Counted from the first letter of the stretch, positions 1 to 8,996 are shown. The stretch is 64,000 nucleotides of DNA from Thermoplasmatota archaeon (GCA_022848865.1 JAJISE010000003.1:7189-71188), one strand, 5' to 3'. The notes: generated by a model from the letters alone, not told the origin. Numbers and translations: made by a program.

Positions 1-2
1 AC

Positions 3-245
3 ACAGAGAAGACCCAGGAAGAGATATCGGTGAAGATACCAGCGAAGTACCTAGGATACATCGATGCAATGATCAGGGACGGCTATTTCCTTTCTCGGGA
101 ATATGCGGTTCTCAGATGCATCGAGGAATTCCTCTCCCCAGAGAACGTGATGAGGCTCGGCAAACACAATGAGACGATGGGAGTGGCCTCTGGGAAGGAG
201 GTCTCTGTTGACTTCGGCGAAAAAAGAGAACTTCTCGAACGATAG
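3..245 (+). CDS. Ribbon-helix-helix (CopG/CdrS-like) transcriptional regulator, probably 5'-partial
   Basis: Frame is open to the window edge. EEISVKIPAKYLGYIDAMIRDGYFLSREYAVLRCIEEF resembles the RHH pattern of haloarchaeal CdrS, and the gene lies directly upstream of an ftsZ-like gene. Confidence 0.65.
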   Translation, partial: TEKTQEEISVKIPAKYLGYIDAMIRDGYFLSREYAVLRCIEEFLSPENVMRLGKHNETMGVASGKEVSVDFGEKRELLER

Positions 246-396
246 ACAAAGGACGTGCAAAGCGCGGAAGTCTGTGCGACTCTAACGCTAGCCAAAAGAT
301 GGGAACGGCGAGGGCCGTAAAGCACTGCTCACTGAAGGGATGGGATGCAAACCTTCGGGACACAGATTTCCGTGCGAACACCTTTGGAGGCAACCA

Positions 397-1200
397 ATGA
401 GCGCAGAAGCGGAACAGGAAATCGTGGACCACGTCATGGGAATACTCTCAACAGACCTACCAGAGCCCCGAATCGTCATCGTGGGGTGCGGCGGTGCGGG
501 ATGCAACATCGCCGGCCAGGTTCGGGAACGGTCCGGGCAAGGATTGGAGACAGTCGCCATAAACTCCGATGAGGAGAGTCTCGGCAGCGTCGTATCCGAC
601 GTCAAGATCCGCTTAGGGAAGGGTCCGGAGCATTCCAGAGGCGCGAAGGGCGTTCCCGAAGTGGGAAAGGGCCTCGCTCGTGCCGCCAAGGATAGCATCT
701 CTTCTGCGATCAGAGCGGACATTGCATTCGTCATTGTCGGGTTGGGCGGAGGCATAGGAACCGGCTGCGCTCCCGAAGTCTCCGGAATCATTCGCGAGTC
801 CGGCGCGGTGGTCATCTCGATCCCTGTGATGCCTTTCTCCGTGGAGGGCCGAAACTCCGCCGCCGAGAAGGGTTTGCGGGAGCTGCGGGCTGCCTCGGAC
901 TCCACGATTGTGCTGGAGAATGACTCGCTTCTCAAGTTCGGAGCTGACGTACCGCTAACCGGGGCGTTCTCCGTTCTGAACGGTGTGATTGCCGGCTTGA
1001 TAGATTGCGTTGTAGAGAGGATATCGAGGACCTTCCTGACAGTGCTCGAAGACGAGGTCGTGGCGATGGCAAGGAACATTCAGGTGGCCGTTGACGTTCA
1101 GGAATCGGGAGAGGGAAGATTATCCCCTCTCCCTCCGCTCGAGGCCCAGGGGGAAATCCAGTCATATCCGGAAGAGTTCAACACCTTCGACACCGACTAG
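397..1200 (+). CDS. FtsZ/tubulin-family GTPase-domain protein, divergent and C-terminally truncated (267 aa)
   Basis: IVIVGCGGAGCN, AINSD, GAKGVPEVG, GLGGGIGTG, PFSVEG and LENDSL match the FtsZ N-domain. No NxDxAD T7 loop. GGAGG RBS at 386-390 before ATG 397. Confidence 0.85.
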   Translation: MSAEAEQEIVDHVMGILSTDLPEPRIVIVGCGGAGCNIAGQVRERSGQGLETVAINSDEESLGSVVSDVKIRLGKGPEHSRGAKGVPEVGKGLARAAKDSISSAIRADIAFVIVGLGGGIGTGCAPEVSGIIRESGAVVISIPVMPFSVEGRNSAAEKGLRELRAASDSTIVLENDSLLKFGADVPLTGAFSVLNGVIAGLIDCVVERISRTFLTVLEDEVVAMARNIQVAVDVQESGEGRLSPLPPLEAQGEIQSYPEEFNTFDTD

Positions 1201-1248
1201 CGAGCGACACAGTTTTATCTCTCCAGCCCATGCCAGCTTGGTGATGAT

Positions 1249-1668
1249 CTGACAGTAGTTACAGGGTCAGTTGAGCTCAGTACGCAGGGCGAGGTAGACA
1301 TTATTGATGTGACGGACGACGTCAGGCGAGTCGTTTCCGATTGCGGGATGAACAGCGGGATAGCCTGCGTCTTCACGAGGAGTTCCACGAGCACCGTCAC
1401 AACGATCGAGTATGAGCCCGGCCTTCTGAGAGATATACCCGATGCCCTGGAGAGGCTCTTCCCGAAGAACATGGAATACGGACACGAGCAGATGTGGCAT
1501 GATGGCAACGGGCACAGCCACGTTCGGGCTGCGTTCTTGAAACCCAGCCTGACAGTGCCCTTCGTGGATGGGGACTTGCTCCTGGGGACCTGGCAGCAGA
1601 TAGTGTTCGTGGAGCTCGACAACAAGCGGAGGAACCGGAAGCTCATCATACAGATGGTCGGGGAGTAG
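1249..1668 (+). CDS. YjbQ/UPF0047 family protein (secondary thiamine-phosphate synthase family)
   Basis: IEYEPGL, HEQMWHDGNGHSH and LGTWQQIVFVELD motifs. The homology extends upstream of the track start (1309) to an in-frame CTG at 1249 preceded by a GGTGA RBS. Confidence 0.85.
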   Translation: MTVVTGSVELSTQGEVDIIDVTDDVRRVVSDCGMNSGIACVFTRSSTSTVTTIEYEPGLLRDIPDALERLFPKNMEYGHEQMWHDGNGHSHVRAAFLKPSLTVPFVDGDLLLGTWQQIVFVELDNKRRNRKLIIQMVGE

Positions 1669-1706
1669 CCTGAGAAGCGCCCACCAAATCGGGCTTTTAT
1701 ACACGA

Positions 1707-3080
1707 TTGGACATGCTCCTCGCAGTGCCCACATCTACTTCTGTTGGGAGAAGGCAGAGGAAAGTCAACCTCTATGTTCTGTCAACGCTCGCCTTCCTCA
1801 TCAGCCTCGGGTTCGGGCTGATCGCACCGTTTCTGCCCTTCTATGCCGAGTTCCTCGGCGCCGATGCCATCGCCATCGGAATCCTCCTGTCCTCTTTCAT
1901 GGTAACTCGCGCTCTCCTGGCCACTCCGTTCGGCAATCTCTCGGACAGGATTGGCAGGAAGCGGATAATCGGCGTGGGGGCCGTGATGTATGCCTTTCTC
2001 GCCTTCTTCTTCACTCTTCCAGGGGACTGGGTCGGTCTGATTTTCGTCCGTGCCTTTCAGGGTGTTGCGTCCGCAATGGTCTGGCCGGTAGGCGAAGCTC
2101 TGCTAGTGGACTCCGTGCCGGGGAGGCAACGGGGACGGGCGATGGGTGTGTACATATTCGCGTCCAATGCGGGCTGGGTTCTTGGCCCCCTCATCGGCGG
2201 ACTGCTCCTTTTCATGGGGCAGAATGTCCTCGGCCTGGATACGCTCTCCAGCTATCGGTTTCCCTTCTACGTCCTCGCGATTCTGTCTCTCATCGCGGCG
2301 GGCCTCTTCTTCGCCACAGTTGAGGATGTAATCAAGCCAGAGAAGCGCAAGAAGGAGGACAGGAGTTCAAGGAAAAAGCGTAGGGCCGTCCTGGACTCGA
2401 GGACATCTTCCGAGCTCAGGATTCTCTACCTCAATGCGCTGGTCAATGGTTTCAGCATGGGCATACTGAGTTTCATCACGATTCTCTTCATGAAGGACGT
2501 CATCAATATCGAAGAGTATCTGATTGGCATAATAATCGGGCTCACTGGTGCGATTGGGATGATTGCGAACATCCCTGCCGGAAGGCAGGCGGACAGGGTT
2601 GGACGAAAACCCGTTCTTCTTCTGGGCGGATATCTGGCCAGACTCTCAATGTTGATGCTTCCATTCGTGGGGCTTCTGCCATTGCGGGCGTTAGGAAGGG
2701 CAAGCTCACTCGCGGATCCCTATCTCTACGGCCTTGTGGCCATCAGTGGAGTGCTGGCGTTCCGTTTCTTCGCATTCCAGATCAGCCAGCCTGCACTGAG
2801 AGCCTTGCAGGCGGACATAATCCCTGCCGCCGTCCGAGGGAGATTGATAGGTATGATGCAGACGATGTTCAACGTGGGGGCGATAATCGGCGCCCCGATA
2901 GGCGGGGCCGTCTATATGGCCTTTGAAGGACGTTTCTTCGGAATCCCTCCTTTCGTCCTGCCAGGGGAGGGAGTCCCATTCATCATCCCAGCAATCCTCG
3001 GGTTCATCACTCTGACGTTGATCCTGCTCTACGTCAGGGAACCAATAAAGGCCAGAAAGGAGAGAATCAGTGAGAAATAA
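1707..3080 (+). CDS. MFS transporter
   Basis: About 12 hydrophobic segments. Motif A occurs twice (GNLSDRIGRK, GRQADRVGRK). Confidence 0.92.
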   Translation: MDMLLAVPTSTSVGRRQRKVNLYVLSTLAFLISLGFGLIAPFLPFYAEFLGADAIAIGILLSSFMVTRALLATPFGNLSDRIGRKRIIGVGAVMYAFLAFFFTLPGDWVGLIFVRAFQGVASAMVWPVGEALLVDSVPGRQRGRAMGVYIFASNAGWVLGPLIGGLLLFMGQNVLGLDTLSSYRFPFYVLAILSLIAAGLFFATVEDVIKPEKRKKEDRSSRKKRRAVLDSRTSSELRILYLNALVNGFSMGILSFITILFMKDVINIEEYLIGIIIGLTGAIGMIANIPAGRQADRVGRKPVLLLGGYLARLSMLMLPFVGLLPLRALGRASSLADPYLYGLVAISGVLAFRFFAFQISQPALRALQADIIPAAVRGRLIGMMQTMFNVGAIIGAPIGGAVYMAFEGRFFGIPPFVLPGEGVPFIIPAILGFITLTLILLYVREPIKARKERISEK

Positions 3081-3114
3081 TTTAAGGGAGGCAGTCATAG
3101 TTGCGGGGGAGACA

Positions 3115-3981
3115 ATGGCCTCCAGAGATATTCAGAGCGAACGGTCCGATAATAAGTTCATCCTCACTCGTGTCGGCGTTACGGACGTCAAGAAGCCCGT
3201 GAGAGTGAGGAGACCAGATAGAGCGACAACACTCACCGTCGACCTTGATGTTTTTGTTGACCTGCCCTCCTCAATGAAGGGCAGCCATATGTCCAGGAAC
3301 CTGGAGGCGATCGGCGAGATCGTTGACAGCTCCGTCAGGCAGCCGGTCGCCGGCCTGGAGGACCTCTCACTGATGATATGCAGGAAACTCCTTGAGCGGC
3401 ATGAGTACGCTTCCTACTCTGAGGCACGGGCCAGCGCGTACTACTTCTTGGAGAAGGAGACCCCGCTGGGGACGAAGAGCCTCGAGAGGTACAAGCTCGT
3501 TGCCAGGGCCGAGGCCCGCAGCGGTGAGGAGCCAGGAACCAATAAATCAATCGGAGTCGAGGTCGTTGGCATGACCACGTGCCCCTGTGCCATGGAGACC
3601 ATCAGCGGCAGCACCAGCGGGTTAAGGGTGGAGCAAGCCATCACTCACAATCAGAGAAACAAGACATTCGTGATGATGGACGTTCCAGAGGGTATGACCG
3701 TTGAGGCAGATGATCTCGTGCAGATAGTGGAGAGATCGATGAGCAGCCCGACGTATGAGATACTGAAAAGAGAGGACGAGGCGGAGCTCGTCAGGCGGGC
3801 GCACTCGAACCCGAGATTCGTCGAGGACGTCGTGAGGGGGGTCCTGGCGCACATTCTGGAGGCGTTCAAGGACTTGCCCGACTGGGTTCAGGTTCAGGTC
3901 AAAAGCGAGAGCGAGGAATCGATCCATAAGCACAACGCATTCGCCGAGAGAGTGACAACTCTCGGAGAACTTCGGGGATAG
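3115..3981 (+). CDS. mptA: GTP cyclohydrolase IV (MptA/FolE2 family)
   Basis: KGSHMSR, GMTTCPCA, HNQR, NPRFVEDVVR and ESIHKHNA motifs. ATG 3115 follows GGGGGAG. Confidence 0.9.
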   Translation: MASRDIQSERSDNKFILTRVGVTDVKKPVRVRRPDRATTLTVDLDVFVDLPSSMKGSHMSRNLEAIGEIVDSSVRQPVAGLEDLSLMICRKLLERHEYASYSEARASAYYFLEKETPLGTKSLERYKLVARAEARSGEEPGTNKSIGVEVVGMTTCPCAMETISGSTSGLRVEQAITHNQRNKTFVMMDVPEGMTVEADDLVQIVERSMSSPTYEILKREDEAELVRRAHSNPRFVEDVVRGVLAHILEAFKDLPDWVQVQVKSESEESIHKHNAFAERVTTLGELRG

Positions 3982-4022
3982 CTCCCCGCAAAGCTTTATT
4001 TCGTCAATCCCATTCACCCACG

Positions 4023-4202
4023 TTGAGTCTGATATCCATATGTCATATCTGCGGTGCTCCCGCGACACAAACGTGCTCACACTGCGGAAAGCCCGTGTGC
4101 AGAGATGACTTCGATTTCCGCATGACCGTGTGCAAGGCATGCGTCTCCAAGAGGCAGAAGCCCGAAGAACAGGAGAGAACGAGGACACGTCTATTTCAGT
4201 AG
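4023..4202 (+). CDS. Small Cys-rich zinc-finger protein (59 aa, absent from the ORF track)
   Basis: Manual translation from TTG 4023: MSLISICHICGAPATQTCSHCGKPVCRDDFDFRMTVCKACVSKRQKPEEQERTRTRLFQ. Three CxxC pairs plus CxxD. TATA-like CTTTATTT about 25 nt upstream. Confidence 0.75.
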   Translation: MSLISICHICGAPATQTCSHCGKPVCRDDFDFRMTVCKACVSKRQKPEEQERTRTRLFQ

Positions 4203-4682
4203 TCGGAGCGCATCGTCACGCTCTATGCCCAATGCCCTTAACAGATACTCCAGCGACTTCGAGGCTATCATGTCCTTCGTCTGCTCATCGAGAAACCTCT
4301 CCATTATTATGGGTGCCTTTGAATAGTATTGAATGGCGAATTCAGAAAGGTAATATGGAGCGCTGTCAGGGTCGAGTTCGCTGGCCTTGACGTAGAACTG
4401 CTCTGCCTCGTTGAATCTCCCGGCGTCCATGCAGTAAGAAGCGTAGGCCTCGATGTACTGAGGGTTCTCAGGTTCCAGATCTATCGCCTTCTTGTAGAGA
4501 TCGGCAATCTTCTCGGGTTTGACCTTCGGATTCCCGATGCTCGCCTCCGCCTTGCCGAAGAATGCCCTCGCGTTCTCTGGACTCATCTTCGTTGCCTTGT
4601 TGAAATGCTTGAGCGCCTTGTCGTATTCGCACATCCCCAACAGCCTCTCGCCGTCAGCGATTTCTTCCTCAACTTCCTTCAT
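4191..4682 (-). CDS. Tetratricopeptide repeat protein
   Basis: TPR-like helices (ALKHFNKATKMSPENARAFFGKA, YKKAIDLEPEN). GAGAGGA RBS before ATG 4682. Confidence 0.85.
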   Translation of the reverse strand: MKEVEEEIADGERLLGMCEYDKALKHFNKATKMSPENARAFFGKAEASIGNPKVKPEKIADLYKKAIDLEPENPQYIEAYASYCMDAGRFNEAEQFYVKASELDPDSAPYYLSEFAIQYYSKAPIIMERFLDEQTKDMIASKSLEYLLRALGIERDDALRLLK

Positions 4683-4795
4683 GAACAGTCCTCTCAAGTG
4701 TCGTATTGACAACACCGAGATAAAAGTTTGGTCAGGAGTCGTATACCAGATTATCATGGATGATAATTTCGACGAAAGTAGCTTAACAACTCAGA

Positions 4796-5083
4796 ATGCT
4801 CTTCATAATGACTGCGATCATGATGTCTGGCGCCTATCTTGAGTTGAGGGTTGAGGGAGCGAAACCGCCTCGGTCAGTCGTTTCCGCAACACGTCCCTAC
4901 GGCTGGAGAGTTCGAGGAGACAAGCTCGTCTATCCACTATCTGAAGAGGAATTCAACGTCGATGACTCAGGCCGCGTCATGAAAACGCTCGAAGCCTTGA
5001 ATCGAGCTAGCTATGTCTTGAAGATCCTGAGGATGCCCTACAAGATCAGTTTTCAAGCGAGATCCAAGACGTCCCAAGTGTAG
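4796..5083 (+). CDS. Hypothetical protein (true start may be a downstream ATG at 4808-4823)
   Basis: Fills the gap between the TPR gene and pheS and has protein-like composition. No family recognised. Confidence 0.55.
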   Translation: MLFIMTAIMMSGAYLELRVEGAKPPRSVVSATRPYGWRVRGDKLVYPLSEEEFNVDDSGRVMKTLEALNRASYVLKILRMPYKISFQARSKTSQV

Positions 5084-6610
5084 TCAGAATATGGGTTTTG
5101 CTTTCTTTAGCCACTCGATGTCGCTCACGTAGATCGTGCGCATGTCGGTTGTGTCTGTCAGGGCCATGACAAGCCTTTCGAGTCCGAGTCCCCATGCGAG
5201 GACGGGATGCTTCACACCGAACGGATGGGTGACTTCTGGCCTGAATATCCCGGCACCGCCGAGCTCGACCCACTCCCCGTCCAAGTACATCTCCACTTCC
5301 AGGCTAGGCTCCGTGTATGGGAAGTAGCCCGGTCTGATGTTGATCTTGTCGTATCCCATCTTCCTGTAGAACTCCTTCAGCACGCCGATGAGCATCGCGA
5401 GATTGGCCCCCTCCTCCATGACGATCCCCTCGACCTGGATGAACTCGGGAAGGTGCTTCGAGTCCATCGCCTCTCGCCTGAAGACCCTGCCCACAGAGAA
5501 GACCTTGATCGGCGGGTCCGGGTGCTCTGAGAGGTATCTGAGCGTGTTCACTGTTGTATGCGTCCTCAATATCGCCTTCCTGGCCTCGTCGACATCCCAT
5601 TCGTACTTCCAGCCTTCCGAGGCAGTGTCCCCGCCCGATTCATGCATATCCTTGATCCTCTGGACCAGCTCCTCAGGTGGAAGGGGCAGCGTCCTCGGCT
5701 CCGATAGGTAGAACGTGTCTTGCATGTCCCGGGCCGGGTGGTCCTGGGGCTGGAAGAGCGCATCGAAGGTCCAGAAGGAGAGATCAACGAAATCGCCCTC
5801 GATCTCCTCGAAACCCATCTCCGCGAAGATTCGCTTGACCTTTCTGATATGCTCCACAAGGGGATGACTCCTCCCGCCAGAGACCTGCGGAGCAAAGGCG
5901 TCTATGTCGTACTTCCTGAAGCTGACCTCCCTCCACTTCCCCGTCTGCAACAGTTCAGGCGTCAGCTGCGCGACCTCCTCTCCTATCTTGATGCCCTTCT
6001 GTATGCACTTCTTTCCCAGGTCAGTGAGCGTAATCTCGCGGAGGACCCTCTCCCTCTCCTTGATCACATCCTGCCTTCTCAGCAGCATTCCAATCGTTGC
6101 GGCGTCCACATCGCTCTCAGGCAGCTCTCCCTCTGAGAGGCGCTGAACGAGCTCCTCGTCCTTGCCCTTCTCGGTGACGGCCTTCTTTCCATGCTCGGTG
6201 ATGATCAGAACGGTTCTACCGTCTTCCTTCTCTATCGTGGCCCACGCCTTTCTCTTCATCCATCCGATGGCGATCTGAACCTCCTTCGGTGAGAGACGCG
6301 CCCTCTTCTGGAGCGTTCCGAGGTCGGTCCTTCCCCTGGCTTTCCTCAGCGCCTTCAGCGCTCTCCTCTCGGGAAGGCTCTTCGTCGCCCACTGCTTCTT
6401 GGCCAGAGAGTAGTAGCTGATGACCTTCTCCTTTATCGTGACGAGCCCCTTGGACTGGAGCCAGGAGGAGGCGTTCATGACCTCGACGAGCTCCGCGAAA
6501 CCTCCGCGCTTCAGAAGCTCATCCGGAGCGGCCGAGCTGGCATCTCCGAACGCGAGAAGGACCCTCTTCTCGAGGAGGCTCAGTTCGTCCATCAGGTCAT
6601 CGACATCCAT
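5084..6610 (-). CDS. pheS: Phenylalanine--tRNA ligase alpha subunit (archaeal long form)
   Basis: FDALFQPQDHPARDMQDTFY, LRTHTT, FRREAMD, FPYTEPS and AWGLGLERL motifs, with N-terminal winged-helix region. Confidence 0.97.
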   Translation of the reverse strand: MDVDDLMDELSLLEKRVLLAFGDASSAAPDELLKRGGFAELVEVMNASSWLQSKGLVTIKEKVISYYSLAKKQWATKSLPERRALKALRKARGRTDLGTLQKRARLSPKEVQIAIGWMKRKAWATIEKEDGRTVLIITEHGKKAVTEKGKDEELVQRLSEGELPESDVDAATIGMLLRRQDVIKERERVLREITLTDLGKKCIQKGIKIGEEVAQLTPELLQTGKWREVSFRKYDIDAFAPQVSGGRSHPLVEHIRKVKRIFAEMGFEEIEGDFVDLSFWTFDALFQPQDHPARDMQDTFYLSEPRTLPLPPEELVQRIKDMHESGGDTASEGWKYEWDVDEARKAILRTHTTVNTLRYLSEHPDPPIKVFSVGRVFRREAMDSKHLPEFIQVEGIVMEEGANLAMLIGVLKEFYRKMGYDKINIRPGYFPYTEPSLEVEMYLDGEWVELGGAGIFRPEVTHPFGVKHPVLAWGLGLERLVMALTDTTDMRTIYVSDIEWLKKAKPIF

Positions 6611-6645
6611 CACAATCACGAATGGTCACGTGCGATTTATTCTTT

Positions 6646-7764
6646 TCAGTCCCGCAGTATGAAGTCCTCGATTCTGTCCTTGGCTTCTTCACGCTTCTGC
6701 TGGTGCTCCTTCAGGAACCCGTTGATCTTCTCGACGAGGATTTGCTTGCATTCCCCGCAGAGGATCTCGCCGCCCTTGCACTTGAGATAGATGTCTCGCA
6801 GCTCATCGTCCTCGGGCATGAAGAAATACATGTAATAGTGATAGACCGTGCAGATTTCTGGATTGGCTCCAAGTTTCTTCTGCTCCTCCACGGAGACCCG
6901 CCCGCCCGTGAAGGCGTTGACTATCTTCTTCCTCACGTCATCGGGTTGGTCCGTCGTGAACACGCTCGTGTGGGGGAGCGAGGCGGACATCTTGTCTCCT
7001 CCCGCCAGGCTCGGGAGCAGCTTGTTGTGCAGGAGTGCTGGCTTGTAGTACCCGAGCAAGGGAGCGACGTCTCTGGCGATTCTGAAATGAGGGTCCTGGT
7101 CGATCCCGCAGGGAATCAGACAAGCGATGTTCCTGCCCTCGAGCACCGACTCGAGAAAACAGGGAACCGCCTGCATGCTCGTGTAGAAGATGCTTCCGAT
7201 GTTGTGGCTGCTGTCGAAGCCGAAGACCGCGCGGACCTTGGAGAAGTTGATCCTCCTGGCGACGTCAATCGCTATCGGGTAGAGCGTGTGAATTAGCTCA
7301 GTGTCCATGAATATCCTCGTCAGCTTGGGATCGAATCCCAAGGCAATGACATCCAGCATGTTCTCGTAAGCGTACTTCTTGGTGTCCTCTCTCGTGAGGC
7401 CATCATCGAACATGAACTTCTCATCGTCCGTCAGCTGGAAGTAGAACTTGACCTTGAAGTTGTCCTGAAGCCATTTCGTGAGAATCCAAGGCAGTATGTG
7501 GCCCAGGTGGATGTGACCCGAGGGGCCGCGACCAGTGTACAGGAAGAAGCCATTGCCCTTCTCGTACTCGTCCAGGATTCGATTGAAGTCGCGATGCGAA
7601 TAGAAGATCCCCCTCCTCAAGAGGTGGTGCAGAGGTGAAGCGTGCTTCTCCAGTCTATCCAGAATCTCTTGGGACATCAATTGAGTTCCGAACCTTTCCA
7701 CTAGCTTGTCGTAGTCGATCTCGCCCTTGACCTCCCATGGCGTGACAATGAAATCTTCTGGCAT
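6646..7764 (-). CDS. trpS: Tryptophan--tRNA ligase
   Basis: VTPWEV, YTGRGPSGHIHLGH, IPCGIDQDPHFR and KMSAS motifs. Confidence 0.97.
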   Translation of the reverse strand: MPEDFIVTPWEVKGEIDYDKLVERFGTQLMSQEILDRLEKHASPLHHLLRRGIFYSHRDFNRILDEYEKGNGFFLYTGRGPSGHIHLGHILPWILTKWLQDNFKVKFYFQLTDDEKFMFDDGLTREDTKKYAYENMLDVIALGFDPKLTRIFMDTELIHTLYPIAIDVARRINFSKVRAVFGFDSSHNIGSIFYTSMQAVPCFLESVLEGRNIACLIPCGIDQDPHFRIARDVAPLLGYYKPALLHNKLLPSLAGGDKMSASLPHTSVFTTDQPDDVRKKIVNAFTGGRVSVEEQKKLGANPEICTVYHYYMYFFMPEDDELRDIYLKCKGGEILCGECKQILVEKINGFLKEHQQKREEAKDRIEDFILRD

Positions 7765-7904
7765 CTGAGTCGTCTCTGAATGAGGCGATATCCTAATAAC
7801 GTTTCTCTCTCGCTTCCTCCCACGGTTCTCCTGCGCGTTGTGTTGGCCGGGAACCACCATCGCCACGTGAAAAGGACTAATATCTCCGAATCCTTCCTGG
7901 CAGT

Positions 7905-8696
7905 ATGGGGGAGTCCATTGATGCTGATTTTCTCGAGCGGGACAGACACGAGAGAATGAGAAGGATTCCGTGGATAGACCTGGACGCGGTCAGAACCGCT
8001 CGAGTTCTCGTCGTCGGAGCAGGCGCTCTCGGCAACGAAGTCGTGAAGGACATGGTTCTGGCGGGCTTCGCGGGAATCAGTCTCGTCGATATGGACCACG
8101 TCGCCAGGTCCAATCTGACCCGATGCGTGTTCTTCCGTGAGCAGGATTCCGAACGGAGGCGGCTCAAAGCCGAAGTTGTTGCAGGAAGAGCCATGGAACT
8201 CGACCCAGCGGTCAAGATCACACCCTACACCGACAGAATCCAGGATATGCCTGAGGACTTCATCTCCTCCCATTCAATGATCCTCGGCTGCCTGGACAAC
8301 GTGGCCACAAGACTCCATCTGAACGCTCACTGCTACAATGAGGGCATACCATACATCGATGGGGCAATGGACGGGCTGATCGGGAAGGTGCAAGTCGTCC
8401 TTCCACCGGAAACGGCCTGTCTCCAGTGCGGAATGAACAAGACACACTCGAAGATCATGGAACTCAGGTTCAGCTGCACCGGCGAAGATGTCACGTTCTA
8501 CGAGCCCAAGGTCGCCGCAGAGATCACGACAACGAGCATAGTCTCGGCGGTCCAGGTGAGAGAGGCCCTCAAGATTGTGTCCGGAAGAACGGAGGCTGTC
8601 CTGTCCAATGTATTCTACTACGACGGCCTGAGAAACGTCTCAGAGAACCTCGAGGTCTCGAAGAACCCTGATTGCCCACATCATGGGGGGCAGTAG
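7905..8696 (+). CDS. Ubiquitin-activating E1-like enzyme (ThiF/UBA family)
   Basis: VLVVGAGALG nucleotide-binding loop, DMDHVARSNLTR, GCLDN, Zn site CLQC...CPHH and putative catalytic Cys in FSCTG. First gene of the E1-Ubl-E2-JAB cluster. Confidence 0.92.
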   Translation: MGESIDADFLERDRHERMRRIPWIDLDAVRTARVLVVGAGALGNEVVKDMVLAGFAGISLVDMDHVARSNLTRCVFFREQDSERRRLKAEVVAGRAMELDPAVKITPYTDRIQDMPEDFISSHSMILGCLDNVATRLHLNAHCYNEGIPYIDGAMDGLIGKVQVVLPPETACLQCGMNKTHSKIMELRFSCTGEDVTFYEPKVAAEITTTSIVSAVQVREALKIVSGRTEAVLSNVFYYDGLRNVSENLEVSKNPDCPHHGGQ

Positions 8697-8708
8697 TTTT
8701 GTCCCTCC

Positions 8709-8721
8709 GAAAACCTTTAAG
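8709..8721 (+). promoter_or_regulatory. Putative BRE-TATA promoter upstream of the Ubl gene
   Basis: GAAAACCTTTAAG between the E1 stop (8696) and the Ubl start. RBS GGGGAGTGA at about 8745-8753. Confidence 0.5.
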
Positions 8722-8750
8722 AACGCCTCAGGCAATAACTGTACGGGGGA

Positions 8751-8996
8751 GTGATTGTGACAACGAGAATCAGCGTAAAGAACGCGGAAACAGGGTCCTC
8801 GGTCGAGATGGAGTTGGAGGCCGAGAATACAGTCGAAGAGATAATCGAGAGCGCGGCTAGCTACTGGGAGGTCTCTCCTGGGGCCTATGTCCTCCGTCGC
8901 GGCAAGGCGGTTCTGCGCGGACAGTCGACGATTGTGGAAGCGAAGATCCATGAGGGCGACGTGGTCGAGCTGATACCTGACCCTGAGGGCGGCTAG
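8751..8996 (+). CDS. Ubiquitin-like protein with exposed C-terminal diglycine (start may be GTG 8757)
   Basis: RISVKNAETGSSVEMELEAENTVEEI aligns by eye with ubiquitin [25 protein letters not shown]. Ends PEGG-stop. Confidence 0.9.
   Translation: MIVTTRISVKNAETGSSVEMELEAENTVEEIIESAASYWEVSPGAYVLRRGKAVLRGQSTIVEAKIHEGDVVELIPDPEGG

Noticed and set aside
288-1079. 263-aa antisense ORF over the ftsZ-like gene
   Set aside because: It is a shadow of the FtsZ-like CDS with no recognisable motifs.
7905-8996. E1 plus GG-ending protein as a ThiF/ThiS or MoeB/MoaD sulfur-carrier pair
   Set aside because: An intact E2 and a JAMM protease follow in the same operon, no thiamine, molybdopterin or tRNA-thiolation genes are adjacent, and the small protein resembles ubiquitin more than ThiS/MoaD.
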